DNA of 64,000 nt from Candidatus Magasanikiibacteriota bacterium. Lineage in GTDB: Bacteria > Patescibacteriota > Patescibacteriia > Magasanikbacterales > GWA2-37-8. Made by a program: the position numbers and the translations under genes. Shown piece by piece: positions 29,771 to 39,670 of this stretch. The notes under the pieces were generated by a model. It was not told where the DNA came from, did not search any database, and was given only the letters and a program-made list of their open reading frames with translations. Positions within the stretch are counted from its first letter, which is position 1. Every line of letters begins with the position of its first letter. The stretch is from NCBI GenBank assembly GCA_026396515.1, contig JAPLWQ010000005.1, positions 8,011 to 72,010 on the forward strand, given 5' to 3'.

Positions 29771-31516
29771 TTATTCAACCACTTCCGGTTTGGCGGCAGA
29801 ACCTTGATCATCATCAGTTAGGGCATTGTCAATTATTCCGCGCGTCAAATTAAGCGATTTTCCCACCACATCATCTTTGGCCGAATAGGCTGCGCTTTTT
29901 ATCAGCGCAATTTTTTTGCCGACCTGTGACGAGTTCGGTGTTACCGCCACTTCAAAGTTAAGGCCGATGCTGCCGCCCGCCGGAGCCAGGTTATAGTTCC
30001 AACTCACGATATTGTTTGTTTGGTCGTGTTTCAATTCCGGTCCGATGCTTACACTTTGTTTCCCGGTGAATTCCACGCCATCGCCAAGGGTTAGTTTTAG
30101 TGAATTTTCTGCGATTGCGTTTACTCCGTTTGATATCTCAACCAATATCCAATATTTTGTGGTTTCGCCGACCGTCGGTGGTAGCGGCCCCCGGCCAAGC
30201 TGATCGCCGTCATTGGTGTAATATACCGGGCGAATATTCCAGCTTATCTGCGTGGACAGCGGAAGCCGGGCGGTTTCACCGCTTTCAACAACAAATTTTT
30301 GTCCGGGGACATCACTTAACTCAGCCTCGGCTTTTATTTTTATTTCCAATTGAGTTTGTCCTTCTGTCTTGAAAAACGACAAAAGTTTTACATTTATTAC
30401 AAATTCATCAGAACTGCCCGGCGATCCGTCTGTTAAAGCGGTTCGGGTTTTTTTATCCGCAATCAGATCATTGCCCTCGACTGTCATATTATTCGCTCTG
30501 GCTGTTGCTTTCAGATCAACTATGCCAGGTGTTGGTGTGATGCGTAAACGAATATTCTTGAGTGAGTATGCGCTGGAGTTATTCCAATATACTCGAATAG
30601 GTAAAGTGTCTCCGCCGTCGGCAAATGCCATCTGTTCTGTAAGCCGAATCCCGCTTTTCATTTCAGGATAGAAAACAGCCAGTTTTTTTTCTAAAGCAAC
30701 TTGTTTTATCGGTGTATTATTTACCATTACCGATATTTCGAAGTTCTCTGTGTATTCTCCGGATTTATCAGGAGCTGTGAGAGCTCCGGCGATAGCCTTG
30801 GTTTCACCCGGTGTAAGATAAATGTTTTTTAATAATTTTTCATCAGCGAACTTACTGCCCACAGGCGGTTCAATAAAAATATTTTCCAGCGGTTTTGAGC
30901 CGGTATTTTTCAGGATAATGTTAACCGGCAATTCTCGTCCTGGGAATGAAGTGCTGGCCATGGAAAGTTCGGCCTCAAGAACCGAACCGGCCGGCCTGAA
31001 AAGTGCCGATCCGGTTTTCTGGTCCTTTGCGTTTGCTCCATCCGGCAGGTAGGTTAGAAAAGCGGATACTTTTTCTTCTTTGTTTGGTTCGCCATATATG
31101 GTGCCATAAATTTCCACCTGACCCGCTCCCCCTGTCTCAATTTTTCCAAGATTAAAAGTGGAGTTGGCCGAAAAGATACTTTCAGGCGTCTTGATCCTGT
31201 CAATTACAAATCCGGGCGGCATGTGTACTCCCATAACCGCTTGATCTAAATTCTTTTTGCTTCTATTTTTGAAGTTAATGGTTAAATGAATTTCATCTCC
31301 GCTTTCTATGCGTTCAGAGCCAAAGGAAAAAGTAAGATCTATTTGGCCGGCGATTGAAGGTTTCCAGAAAAAAAAGAATATGCTTGCGATAAGCATGACA
31401 AATGCCATGCCGAGAAGGGCTAAATCAAAAACAAACAGCTTTTTAGCGTGGCGGTATATTCCGTGATAGCGCTTGTGATAGTGCGCGTGAAAAAATTTGT
31501 AAATTGCTTTAAACAT
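29771..31516 (-). CDS. Hypothetical membrane-anchored extracytoplasmic beta-rich protein
   Basis: 581 aa with an N-terminal TM helix (LALLGMAFVMLIASIFFFFW). No motif was recognised. Confidence 0.5.
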   Translation of the reverse strand: MFKAIYKFFHAHYHKRYHGIYRHAKKLFVFDLALLGMAFVMLIASIFFFFWKPSIAGQIDLTFSFGSERIESGDEIHLTINFKNRSKKNLDQAVMGVHMPPGFVIDRIKTPESIFSANSTFNLGKIETGGAGQVEIYGTIYGEPNKEEKVSAFLTYLPDGANAKDQKTGSALFRPAGSVLEAELSMASTSFPGRELPVNIILKNTGSKPLENIFIEPPVGSKFADEKLLKNIYLTPGETKAIAGALTAPDKSGEYTENFEISVMVNNTPIKQVALEKKLAVFYPEMKSGIRLTEQMAFADGGDTLPIRVYWNNSSAYSLKNIRLRITPTPGIVDLKATARANNMTVEGNDLIADKKTRTALTDGSPGSSDEFVINVKLLSFFKTEGQTQLEIKIKAEAELSDVPGQKFVVESGETARLPLSTQISWNIRPVYYTNDGDQLGRGPLPPTVGETTKYWILVEISNGVNAIAENSLKLTLGDGVEFTGKQSVSIGPELKHDQTNNIVSWNYNLAPAGGSIGLNFEVAVTPNSSQVGKKIALIKSAAYSAKDDVVGKSLNLTRGIIDNALTDDDQGSAAKPEVVE

Positions 31517-31675
31517 ACCCGGTATATCAGCTAATGTAGGTTTGGATTTAAGATTGTAAAAAATGACATATTCTGCCCAAAAATTCCATGAAAATCCGAA
31601 GCTGTATTACTGGGCACAAGTCAATTATATCATCAAAAATTGCCAAAAACAAATAATCCCCGAAAAAGGGGATTA

Positions 31676-32011
31676 TTAATTACTCACATTCTTCGGAGCC
31701 GGTTCTATTGGCCTATTTTTGATAGTTTTCGGATTTGGGCTGTAAAGAGGGTTCCGTATGCGCCATCTTTCCACATATTGGCCGATTCCGCGTTCTGCCA
31801 GCTTATTTCTGACCGTAGTATGCCTCTGTGACCACTTGACAAGACTTTCAAAGTTGATTTTATAACGGCCGGCTACCACAGCATAAGTAACTTCCTGATT
31901 AGCAATGGCGCGCCTAACCGTAAGGGAACTAACGCCGAAAAGCTTAGCCGCTTCAGATACTGAAAGCCGGATTAGCTCTTTTTGGGTCTTATTGTCAGTT
32001 TGTTCAACCAT
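31676..32011 (-). CDS. Excisionase/MerR-like helix-turn-helix DNA-binding protein
   Basis: 111 aa containing LSVSEAAKLFGVSSLTVRRAIANQEV (HTH_17-like). Confidence 0.6.
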   Translation of the reverse strand: MVEQTDNKTQKELIRLSVSEAAKLFGVSSLTVRRAIANQEVTYAVVAGRYKINFESLVKWSQRHTTVRNKLAERGIGQYVERWRIRNPLYSPNPKTIKNRPIEPAPKNVSN

Positions 32012-32033
32012 ATTTCTCTTTTGGGCTAAAATT

Positions 32034-32238
32034 TGTGTACGCTAGTGTATACAAATCATAGCAAATAGGTTGGTTTTGTCAAGGGTAGGGGAGAGATAAT
32101 AGAAATTTTTTGGTATTTCATCATATACAGCTATCTGTTTGTGTACGCTAGTGTATACAAAATTTATATAGGTTTGCTAAAATTAGCCATTATTGTTATG
32201 TCGCTTTACATCTATTTTTGTGTACGCTAGCGTACACA
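32034..32238. promoter_or_regulatory. Three 20-bp palindromic operator-like repeats between the divergent HTH gene and the ECF sigma gene
   Basis: tgtgtacgctagtgtataca occurs at 32034 and 32140. tgtgtacgctagcgtacaca at 32219 is a perfect palindrome. Copy 1 lies 23 bp upstream of the HTH start codon. Confidence 0.6.
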
Positions 32239-32485
32239 AAAATATGTCTTGTATTTTTTGATTTATAACGAACGATGGTGCAAATCGAAATCATAATTTA
32301 GAGAGATATTTTAGAAATATTTCTTTATATAATGCACACATCCATTATTTGACACAGGCCCATATGGCTGTTATCATTATATCTATCTCATTCTTGTTTT
32401 GGCCGGTGAAACGGTCATTTTTAATAGAACAAGAAAGACGCCGTTTGCGAAGTGTAACAATTATTAACTTTATTCGTCTACTAAG

Positions 32486-33040
32486 ATGCCAGGTAAATTA
32501 AGCGAAAAAATACTGCTTTACCGGTTGCAGACGAAGCAAGATCCTGAAGCTTTTACCGAACTATACGACTCATATGTAAAACGAATTTACCGCTTCGTTT
32601 TTTTTAAGGTACCCGGGCACGAAGAGGCGGAAGACATTACATCCGAGGTATTTTTAAAAGTTTGGAATCACATTGCGGAAAACAAAGAAATAAAAAGTTT
32701 TAGCGGCCTTCTGTATCGGGTTGCCAGAAATTGTATCATTGATCTTTACCGCTCAAAGTCATATCAGCCAAATCCATTGTTGCTTTCCGAACTGCCCGAG
32801 GGTATTGAACCGAGTGATAAGGGAATTGCAGTAGAGAAAATTTCCGTTTCATCTGAAGCGGAGGAGATGATCAAGGCGATCAAAAAGTTGAAACAAGAAT
32901 ATCAGGAAGTGCTGACGCTAAAATATGTGGACGAATTAAACGTCGACGAAATTGCGGAAATAACAGGTAAAGGACAAATTGCAGTGCGGGTGACTCTACA
33001 CCGGGCGATGAAGAAATTAAAAATAATGGTGGAAAAATAA
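32486..33040 (+). CDS. ECF-type sigma-70 family RNA polymerase sigma factor
   Basis: Region 2 (YRFVFFKVPGHEEAEDITSEVFLKVW) and region 4 (LTLKYVDELNVDEIAEITGKGQIAVRVTLHRAMKKL) are both present. Confidence 0.8.
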   Translation: MPGKLSEKILLYRLQTKQDPEAFTELYDSYVKRIYRFVFFKVPGHEEAEDITSEVFLKVWNHIAENKEIKSFSGLLYRVARNCIIDLYRSKSYQPNPLLLSELPEGIEPSDKGIAVEKISVSSEAEEMIKAIKKLKQEYQEVLTLKYVDELNVDEIAEITGKGQIAVRVTLHRAMKKLKIMVEK

Positions 33041-33043
33041 TTT

Positions 33044-34360
33044 ATGTCGCGCGATCTGAAAGAACAACTCAAAAATCTGAAACACTCCGAAGTGAGTCCG
33101 AGACCCGAGTGGCTAAGCGCCAGTCGGGCGAGTTTGCTGTCTCAGATCAGGAATACGATTCCGGCGGAAAAGCCAAATGTGCTGGACAGCGTCTGGCGCG
33201 GCATGGCAATATTTTTACCGCAGAAGTTTGTATATAATGTTGTGCGACCGGTGGCTATCCTATTGATCGTAGCCATGGTCGGCACCAGCGGCTGGATCGC
33301 TACAGTGGATGCTTCCTATGAAGCTCTGCCGGGCGATTGGCTGTATCCGGCCAAACGGGCAATGGAAAAAACGCAGGTTACCGCCGCCTCTATTATGGGT
33401 GCGAAAAACACCGAGACAAAATTGCATGCCGAATTTGCCAAGCGCCGCGCCGCTGAAATTAAAAAAGTGGTGCAGAGTGATGATCCGGACAAACAGGCCA
33501 AGGTCACGGAGACAGTAGGCGATTTAAAAATGGAAATGAAATCCGTAGACACCAAGCTTGAAGCAATGAAAACCTCAAATGAAACCGGTGATACGGAAAC
33601 AGCAAAAGAAATTCAAAAAAATTCCGAACAAATTAAAACTGTGCTTAAAGAAGTAAAAGACGATTTGAGCATTAGCACCTCTACCGAAGAAAAAGCGATG
33701 GCAAAAGAAATCGGCGAAGCCAAGGATATGGCCAAAGATACTTCCGTGAAAGCGGTCGAGGCTTTGGTTGCCAATCATCTTTCCGGCGGCGCTACCACGG
33801 CTGATGAGGTAAAAGAAGCAATCGGGAAAACTATGCAGAGCGTGGTGAATGATATGGCGGAAACAAAACAAAATGTTGAAACAATGAAAAATGCCGTTGA
33901 AGCGGTGACTGATGTGAAAAATAGCATTTCTTCAACCACACCGGAAGCATCAGCGGTGATAGATAATGTGGCTGAAAAAACCGCCGCGGCCGTGGTTAAA
34001 ACAACTGAAGCGGGGGTTGAAATGGATAAAAAGGTAAGCGAGACAAACAGTTTAATGCAAAGCGGAAATTTGTCTGACGCGGTTAGTATGATGAAAGAAG
34101 CCAGTGAAACCACCAAGGCAGCGGAAAAGATTCAGGATACGGCCATCATCTCGGCGCAGCAGGTTTTGCCAACGCCGGTCATTACCTCGGTTAAAGAACA
34201 GGTAATTGAAGCGTCGCAAAATGTCAGCTCAACCGAGATAAAAATGATTGCCACCACTACTGTGCAAGCTATTGAGCCGGGTAAATTGCCGGTGACAGTG
34301 ATTGTGACAACCACGGCAGTAAAGCCGGCCACCACCAGCGTGACAACAATTAAAAAATAA
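33044..34360 (+). CDS. Putative anti-sigma factor: single-pass membrane protein with a long low-complexity Lys/Glu/Thr-rich extracytoplasmic domain
   Basis: Its start lies 4 nt after the sigma factor stop. A TM helix (VAILLIVAMVGTSGWIATV) follows a short cytoplasmic N-terminus. Confidence 0.5.
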   Translation: MSRDLKEQLKNLKHSEVSPRPEWLSASRASLLSQIRNTIPAEKPNVLDSVWRGMAIFLPQKFVYNVVRPVAILLIVAMVGTSGWIATVDASYEALPGDWLYPAKRAMEKTQVTAASIMGAKNTETKLHAEFAKRRAAEIKKVVQSDDPDKQAKVTETVGDLKMEMKSVDTKLEAMKTSNETGDTETAKEIQKNSEQIKTVLKEVKDDLSISTSTEEKAMAKEIGEAKDMAKDTSVKAVEALVANHLSGGATTADEVKEAIGKTMQSVVNDMAETKQNVETMKNAVEAVTDVKNSISSTTPEASAVIDNVAEKTAAAVVKTTEAGVEMDKKVSETNSLMQSGNLSDAVSMMKEASETTKAAEKIQDTAIISAQQVLPTPVITSVKEQVIEASQNVSSTEIKMIATTTVQAIEPGKLPVTVIVTTTAVKPATTSVTTIKK

Positions 34361-34371
34361 ATAAATCGCCG

Positions 34372-34410
34372 CCCTCTCCTTTTTAAGGAGAGGGAAGGGG
34401 TGAGGTAAGG
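34372..34410. terminator. Terminator hairpin plus ggggtgaggtaagg box. It is copy A of a repeated terminator element
   Basis: A ccctctcc-tttttaa-ggagaggg hairpin. The element at 44102-44138 is its reverse complement. Confidence 0.55.
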
Positions 34411-34710
34411 AATATAGATTTTATCTCTCCGCGTGAACGCAATCGCTTGTGTTTATGCGGAGAGAGGAAATATTTGTTTATTAGCGAAGCGCAGTGAAGA
34501 AATGAATGAATTTGTCTTTCATTTCAGAGCCAGCAAGCTAATACACAATGAAATTGTTTATTAGGTCTTTGCCAAAAGTCGAGGGACCATACGGTCTCGT
34601 AAAGATCATTGTACGGCAGGAAAGCTTTGGCTAACCTGCTACACCCTATTTTCTTTGACGCTCTGGCTTATGCCGGGGTGCGCAACAGAGTAGGGTATAT
34701 ATCATTAATT

Positions 34711-37700
34711 ATGTACAACGTTATCAAGAGAGCTTTCACTTTCAGCGTTGTTGCCACGACCATGATGTGGTCGATCGGCGTTGCCGCTTTGATCCCGTCT
34801 GTGGCTCAAGGTGCAACTTGTCCGACATTGGCAGCTGGTGACATGATAAAAGTCACCGGCAAGGCGGCTATTTATTCCGTCAACAATGATTTGAAAGTTT
34901 TGTATTTCCCTTCCGGTGATGAATTCAAGTCATGGAGACCGACCTATGGTGGTTATACCTCCATCACTCAGGCCTGCTTTGATTCTCTTAGCGTGCCGAG
35001 CACCTATCCAGGTGGCGTGAACTATCATCCTGGTTCTTACCTCGTGAAGCGTCCGTCTTCCGACCAGCTTTATGTTGTCCTCCCGGGCAACAGCCTGTCG
35101 AAGATTGACACAGCTGTGGCGACATCTCTTTACGGCACCTCCACCTATACCGGTGGTGTTGGCGCAAAAGTGATGACCGTCGCAGATACTTTCTGGCCGC
35201 ATTATGTTTATCGCGGTGCAGATATTACCACTGTTAAAGCGCATCCGGGCATGCTGGTCAAAGTGAGCGGCATTACCTATTTAGTAGATGCGGATAACAA
35301 ACTGCGCGAAGTTACAACCACTGGCTTTACTGCCAATGGTTTCCAGGAGAGATTTGTTCGCACTGTTACCGCTGATGCAATTTCTGGTTTGGCCACTGGC
35401 ACAACCATTAATGCAGAAGTTTTATCTTTAACTGATAAAACACAGAGCGGCGGCGTGACTCCTTCTCCGATTTCATCCGGCAATGTGACTGTGGCTTTAG
35501 CCGCATCCACTCCGGGCGCGCAGGATATTCCGGAAAACGCTTCTGTTGAATTCTTGAAGCTTACCCTTACCAACACCGGTTCAACCGATGCCAGCTTAAC
35601 TGGTATCAAATTGTCCGCCTATGGTTTGGGTGATGCCTCTCAAATTGATCAGGTGAGCGTGTACAGCAATAATCAGCGCTATGGCAATGCCAAAGACGTT
35701 GATTCCAACAAACAAGCTCAAATTAACTTCACCACATCTCTGACGATTGCCAAAGGCGCAACTGAGACCCTGGTTGTTAAAGCCCAGGTCACAGGCACTG
35801 GTCATTACGCATTGGGCGTGGCCGCTGCAGCCGATGTTTTGGGCGTGACTGCCGGAGGCAGTTTCCCGATTCAGGGCAATACCATGAGTGGCGTTGCAGT
35901 AGCAGTTGGTCAGCTTACAATTGAAAACGATGGCACCACCTTGGCCTCCATTAATCTTGGCGACAAGGCTGCTACCATTGCCAAATTCAAAGTTACCAAC
36001 GACAACGTGGAAGATATCTCCTTCAAGAGTATTAACTTGAAGCGCGATTCCGCCAGCACTGCTAATGACACTGCGGTGGAAAATCTGAAGTTGTATGTTG
36101 ACGGCGCTGAAGTGGCATCCGCTTCGGCGATTGTCGGAAAATATGTTTCCTTCACCCTCACTTCTCCGATTACCATCCTTAAAAATGGTATGAAGAGATT
36201 CACTGTTAAAGGTGACGCGGTTGACGGAGCTGGCAAATTCATCAAATTGATGCTTGACGCCAATTCCGATGTTTCAGCCATTGGTTCGCACTATGGCTTC
36301 TCAGCCATTATTGTGAACACCTTTACTGGCGCTGATTTAACCATCAATGCCGGCGCGGTGAGTATCGAGAAGATTAATGCCGCCAACACGAAATTGTTGA
36401 AGAGCACTACCGATGTTGAGTTTGGCACCTTCAAGATTACCGCCAACAGTGGAAAAACCGTTGAGCTTTCAACTTTGAAACTCAAAGTTGTTTCCGTCAA
36501 CGATGCGGTTGGCGCACAGTTTGAGACATTTGAGATCTTCGACAAATACAACAACACTGTATATGACATGACCTCAACAACCGGTGACGGTGTTTACAAG
36601 AACACCAGCATGGGCTTGATTTTGAACAGCGGTATTACCCACGAACTCGTGGTCCGCGCCGATATCAAATCCACTGCGACCAACGGTGATTACACAGTGT
36701 CCATTTTAGATGCCGCCGGTGGTGATGTGGTCTTGAAAGAGACCGGCAATGATACTCTTATCACTGACATCACTCCGAATTCCGTATCTTTGAACAAGGT
36801 GCAAGTTGAAGGCGCTACTGCGACTTTCTCCTTGAATGCCTTGTCCGCCGCATATAGCGCGGTGGTTGGTTCTTCTGACCACGAGCTGTTGACCTTCAAC
36901 ATCAAAGCGGGTCAGGCCGGCCAGATCAAGGTAACCGAGTTGAAATTCTTGGATTCCTTGAGCACCTCTACCAAGTATGTTGTCTCCGAATTCAAGCTCT
37001 ACAAGGGCACTGATTTGGTGAAGACCGTTTCCGGTTCTCAACTGACAACAGCTTATGAGATCGCTTTCACTGATTTGATGCAGACCATTGAACCGAATGA
37101 GTCCATCAAATACACATTGAAAGCATCTCTCGTCAATGACAGCAACAACGGAACCAAACAGATGCGCTGGCGCTTGAGTGGTTACTCTGCAGAAGAGACC
37201 AACAAGGGCACAGTCGTCTATGACAGCGTAGCGGATAATACGACACAGGATGGTATTATCAATGGCGCTGAAGTTGGTATGACCAGTTTGAAATCCGCCA
37301 GAACGTTGACTATCGTTGGTTACGGAATGTTGAACGCCGCCGTGGATAACACTGTTACCCTGACCAAGTATGATACTTGGCAACTTGCGGGTACCAATGA
37401 GGTCCCGGTTGCGACCTTCAAATTCCGCGCTGACAATGAGTCGATAAAAGTCACCTCATTCAAGGTGGTCGGCAACTTGACCGAGACCTTGAGCAATAAC
37501 ATTACTGAGCTTGCGTTGTATGATGGCACTTCCAAGGTTGCTTATGCGACCACGATTGGCGCCGTCACCACCACGCTTGACCAGGACTTTATTGTTGACA
37601 GCACTGAAAAGGTTTACACCTTGAAAGCCAGCTTGGCTAAAATTGGTCTCAATGAACCGGGCAATTTAAACGTGTCAACCACATTTAAATTGAACGGTAT

Positions 37701-38382
37701 TGAAGCCGAAGGCGTGAACTCTGGACATACATTGGTTGCCGATGCAAACAATGCATGTATTGCCGGTGAAATCTGCTATGAGAGCGGTACTGTATTAAAT
37801 TACACTTCTGCCTCAAAGCAAGCCGGAATCGTGGCATCCAAAGCTCAAACTGTGAGCTTGGTGTCCAGCTATAGCGGTTATTCATTAGCCACTTCAATCG
37901 TTAGCACTTCATCCGCTAACGCGGCTATTATCGCTATAACTGTTCCAGCCACCAATAACAACAATGCAGATGGTACTACATTAAAGTACAACATCAGCCG
38001 CATTAAAGTGAACGTTGCCAACAACGTAACTTCTTATACGGCCACTCTGCAGAGAATTGGCGGTGTGGATCCTGCCGTTACCAGCTCTGTGAGCGGTGCT
38101 TACACTGAATTTAATACCTCTCACTTTGCCACCACTGACGATGATATTACTCCGGGCGAAACCGCGTATTTCATAGTAAAGATTACGCCGGTCTTCACCG
38201 CGACTCTCGCCGGTGAGAAGTTCATCAAGGTCAACCTTGATAAGCTTGATGGCACTGCAGTCACTAACGATGCCAGTGGTACCAACTTTACTTGGACTGA
38301 TCGCGCCGCAGGTGCGAACAACAAGATATCAATTCGTATGCCGGGTGTTTCTAACATCGATGGCACACAGATTGTGAACTAA
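34711..38382 (+). CDS. Large secreted surface protein of ~1,220 aa with tandem Ig-like/beta-sandwich repeats
   Basis: The track ORF is 34609..38382. The probable start MYNVIKRAFTFSVVATTMMWSIGVAALIPSVAQG is a signal peptide. The body is rich in T/S/V/A with about 100-aa periodic blocks. Confidence 0.6.
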   Translation: MYNVIKRAFTFSVVATTMMWSIGVAALIPSVAQGATCPTLAAGDMIKVTGKAAIYSVNNDLKVLYFPSGDEFKSWRPTYGGYTSITQACFDSLSVPSTYPGGVNYHPGSYLVKRPSSDQLYVVLPGNSLSKIDTAVATSLYGTSTYTGGVGAKVMTVADTFWPHYVYRGADITTVKAHPGMLVKVSGITYLVDADNKLREVTTTGFTANGFQERFVRTVTADAISGLATGTTINAEVLSLTDKTQSGGVTPSPISSGNVTVALAASTPGAQDIPENASVEFLKLTLTNTGSTDASLTGIKLSAYGLGDASQIDQVSVYSNNQRYGNAKDVDSNKQAQINFTTSLTIAKGATETLVVKAQVTGTGHYALGVAAAADVLGVTAGGSFPIQGNTMSGVAVAVGQLTIENDGTTLASINLGDKAATIAKFKVTNDNVEDISFKSINLKRDSASTANDTAVENLKLYVDGAEVASASAIVGKYVSFTLTSPITILKNGMKRFTVKGDAVDGAGKFIKLMLDANSDVSAIGSHYGFSAIIVNTFTGADLTINAGAVSIEKINAANTKLLKSTTDVEFGTFKITANSGKTVELSTLKLKVVSVNDAVGAQFETFEIFDKYNNTVYDMTSTTGDGVYKNTSMGLILNSGITHELVVRADIKSTATNGDYTVSILDAAGGDVVLKETGNDTLITDITPNSVSLNKVQVEGATATFSLNALSAAYSAVVGSSDHELLTFNIKAGQAGQIKVTELKFLDSLSTSTKYVVSEFKLYKGTDLVKTVSGSQLTTAYEIAFTDLMQTIEPNESIKYTLKASLVNDSNNGTKQMRWRLSGYSAEETNKGTVVYDSVADNTTQDGIINGAEVGMTSLKSARTLTIVGYGMLNAAVDNTVTLTKYDTWQLAGTNEVPVATFKFRADNESIKVTSFKVVGNLTETLSNNITELALYDGTSKVAYATTIGAVTTTLDQDFIVDSTEKVYTLKASLAKIGLNEPGNLNVSTTFKLNGIEAEGVNSGHTLVADANNACIAGEICYESGTVLNYTSASKQAGIVASKAQTVSLVSSYSGYSLATSIVSTSSANAAIIAITVPATNNNNADGTTLKYNISRIKVNVANNVTSYTATLQRIGGVDPAVTSSVSGAYTEFNTSHFATTDDDITPGETAYFIVKITPVFTATLAGEKFIKVNLDKLDGTAVTNDASGTNFTWTDRAAGANNKISIRMPGVSNIDGTQIVN

Positions 38383-38429
38383 TATAGTTCGTTGGTAAAA
38401 GTTTCTCGAAACTCTAAATCGAAAACAAA

Positions 38430-38462
38430 AACCCCGCCAATGCATTGGCGGGGTTTTTGTTT
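38430..38462 (+). terminator. Rho-independent terminator after the surface protein gene
   Basis: aaaaaccccgccaatgcattggcggggttttt. Confidence 0.7.
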
Positions 38463-38872
38463 TATCTACCATTATATTCTGTCATCCCGAGTGGAGCGCA
38501 GCGGAGTCGAGGGATCCCTCTCCGGCAATGTTCAAGGGATCCTTCGGCTCACCGCTTTGACGCGGTTCGCTCAGGATAAAACCGAATCGTCTGTGGACGT
38601 TTTGGTTTTAGTTATCCACAGGTGAAAGGAAAAATTTTCTAAATAATTGTGCTATAATATTTACATTGAAGGAGGAGGGGGAGAAACAATCCTTTAGAGT
38701 GGGATTGTTTTTTATTTAAAAAATTTCATTGATGTATCTTGAATAAAAAAATTGTCAAATTTTTTTACGTTCCATTATCAACCGGCGCGTTAGATAAATA
38801 GGTGCTCCATTATGGCTAAAATAAGCCAAAAATTACCCATATACACATAGGTGAAAAAGAGGTATAATATAG

Positions 38873-39064
38873 ATGTTTCTGACAAGCGGCAAAAACTGTT
38901 CTACAAAACAACATGTGTCGGTTCGCCAACATTTGCTAAGCCCGTGGGTTTAGCGTGAGGCTTACCACTTAGGGCTCGTTGCTTTGCAGCGGCCCATACA
39001 TTCAGGGACATGTTGAGCCCTTATCAGAAACTCTAAAAAACCCAGCTGTGAGCGGGGTTTTTTA
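38873..39064 (+). ncRNA. Candidate ~190-nt structured RNA with its own TATAAT and a terminator. It has a rod-like fold with pairing ends, resembling 6S RNA
   Basis: The -10 element TATAAT lies at 38863-38868. The 5' end gtttctgacaag (38876) is complementary to the 3' end cttatcagaaac (39020). Inner pairing joins caacatgt and acatgttg. A terminator (cccagctgtgagcgggg plus a T run) closes the RNA. No ORF is present. Confidence 0.35.
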
Positions 39065-39088
39065 ATTGCAAATAAATTGTAGATGCTG

Positions 39089-39670
39089 TTATTCAATGCA
39101 GCAATCAATCGCTTTTTTTACCAGCGCGCCGAGCTTGCCGAGAAATCCTTTTTTTTCAGTATCGTGCCGGTTCATTGCTCCGTCATCAATTTTTTTTACA
39201 TCGTCGGTTTTTATCAGTTTCATGTTGATGCCCCAGAATAGGGAATAGAGGTCAAATGATTTTTTAAATAAATCCTCGGCCTCTTCTTTGTTTCCCATTT
39301 TGTGTTGTTTGGTGCCTACTTCCATTAGGCGCATTGAAGCGGCGAGCAAGTGTTTGGAAATGCACCAGACCTCGCCTTCGTATTCCTTGATTATTTTTTT
39401 GAGTAATTCACCGCGCATTTTCCGCACTTCCTGAAGCAGATCATAATATTCGCTCTTGCCGGTTTTTTGAGCCGTAAAGAAAAAATGTTCCTCAATGCTC
39501 ACCAGGTTCATAATGGCGATGGAGAGATCCTGGTCTGAAGACAAATCCATTTTGTCCTGCTTTTTCATTTGGTCAACCTTGTCCACCAATTCCTGATAGT
39601 TATTCAATTCGTTTGGCATATTAACGGGTGATAAAATAAAATATTGCGGAAAGCACTGCCAGCGCAACAA
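39089..39670 (-). CDS. Hypothetical cytoplasmic protein (probable start MPNELNNYQ at 39619)
   Basis: 193-aa ORF, third gene of a minus-strand operon. No recognised motif. Confidence 0.45.
   Translation of the reverse strand: MLRWQCFPQYFILSPVNMPNELNNYQELVDKVDQMKKQDKMDLSSDQDLSIAIMNLVSIEEHFFFTAQKTGKSEYYDLLQEVRKMRGELLKKIIKEYEGEVWCISKHLLAASMRLMEVGTKQHKMGNKEEAEDLFKKSFDLYSLFWGINMKLIKTDDVKKIDDGAMNRHDTEKKGFLGKLGALVKKAIDCCIE

Noticed and set aside
32400-32460. Possible ECF-type autoregulatory promoter (GAAC...CGT) upstream of the sigma gene
   Set aside because: The spacing and the -10 are ambiguous. A sigma-70-like TTGACA-17-TATCAT at 32361-32389 explains the region equally well.
36706-37383. 225-aa antisense ORF inside the surface protein gene
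   Set aside because: It is a shadow ORF of a long repetitive gene and has no start or RBS context.
38470-38605. GC-rich block (ctgtcatcccgagtggagcgcagcggagtcgagggatcc ... aaaccgaatcgtctgtggacg) resembling the tgtcattgcgag and gaaaacgaatcgg repeat families
   Set aside because: It shares only short seeds with the other repeats, and no convincing terminal inverted repeat partner was found. It is left as unexplained intergenic sequence and not called as a new element copy.
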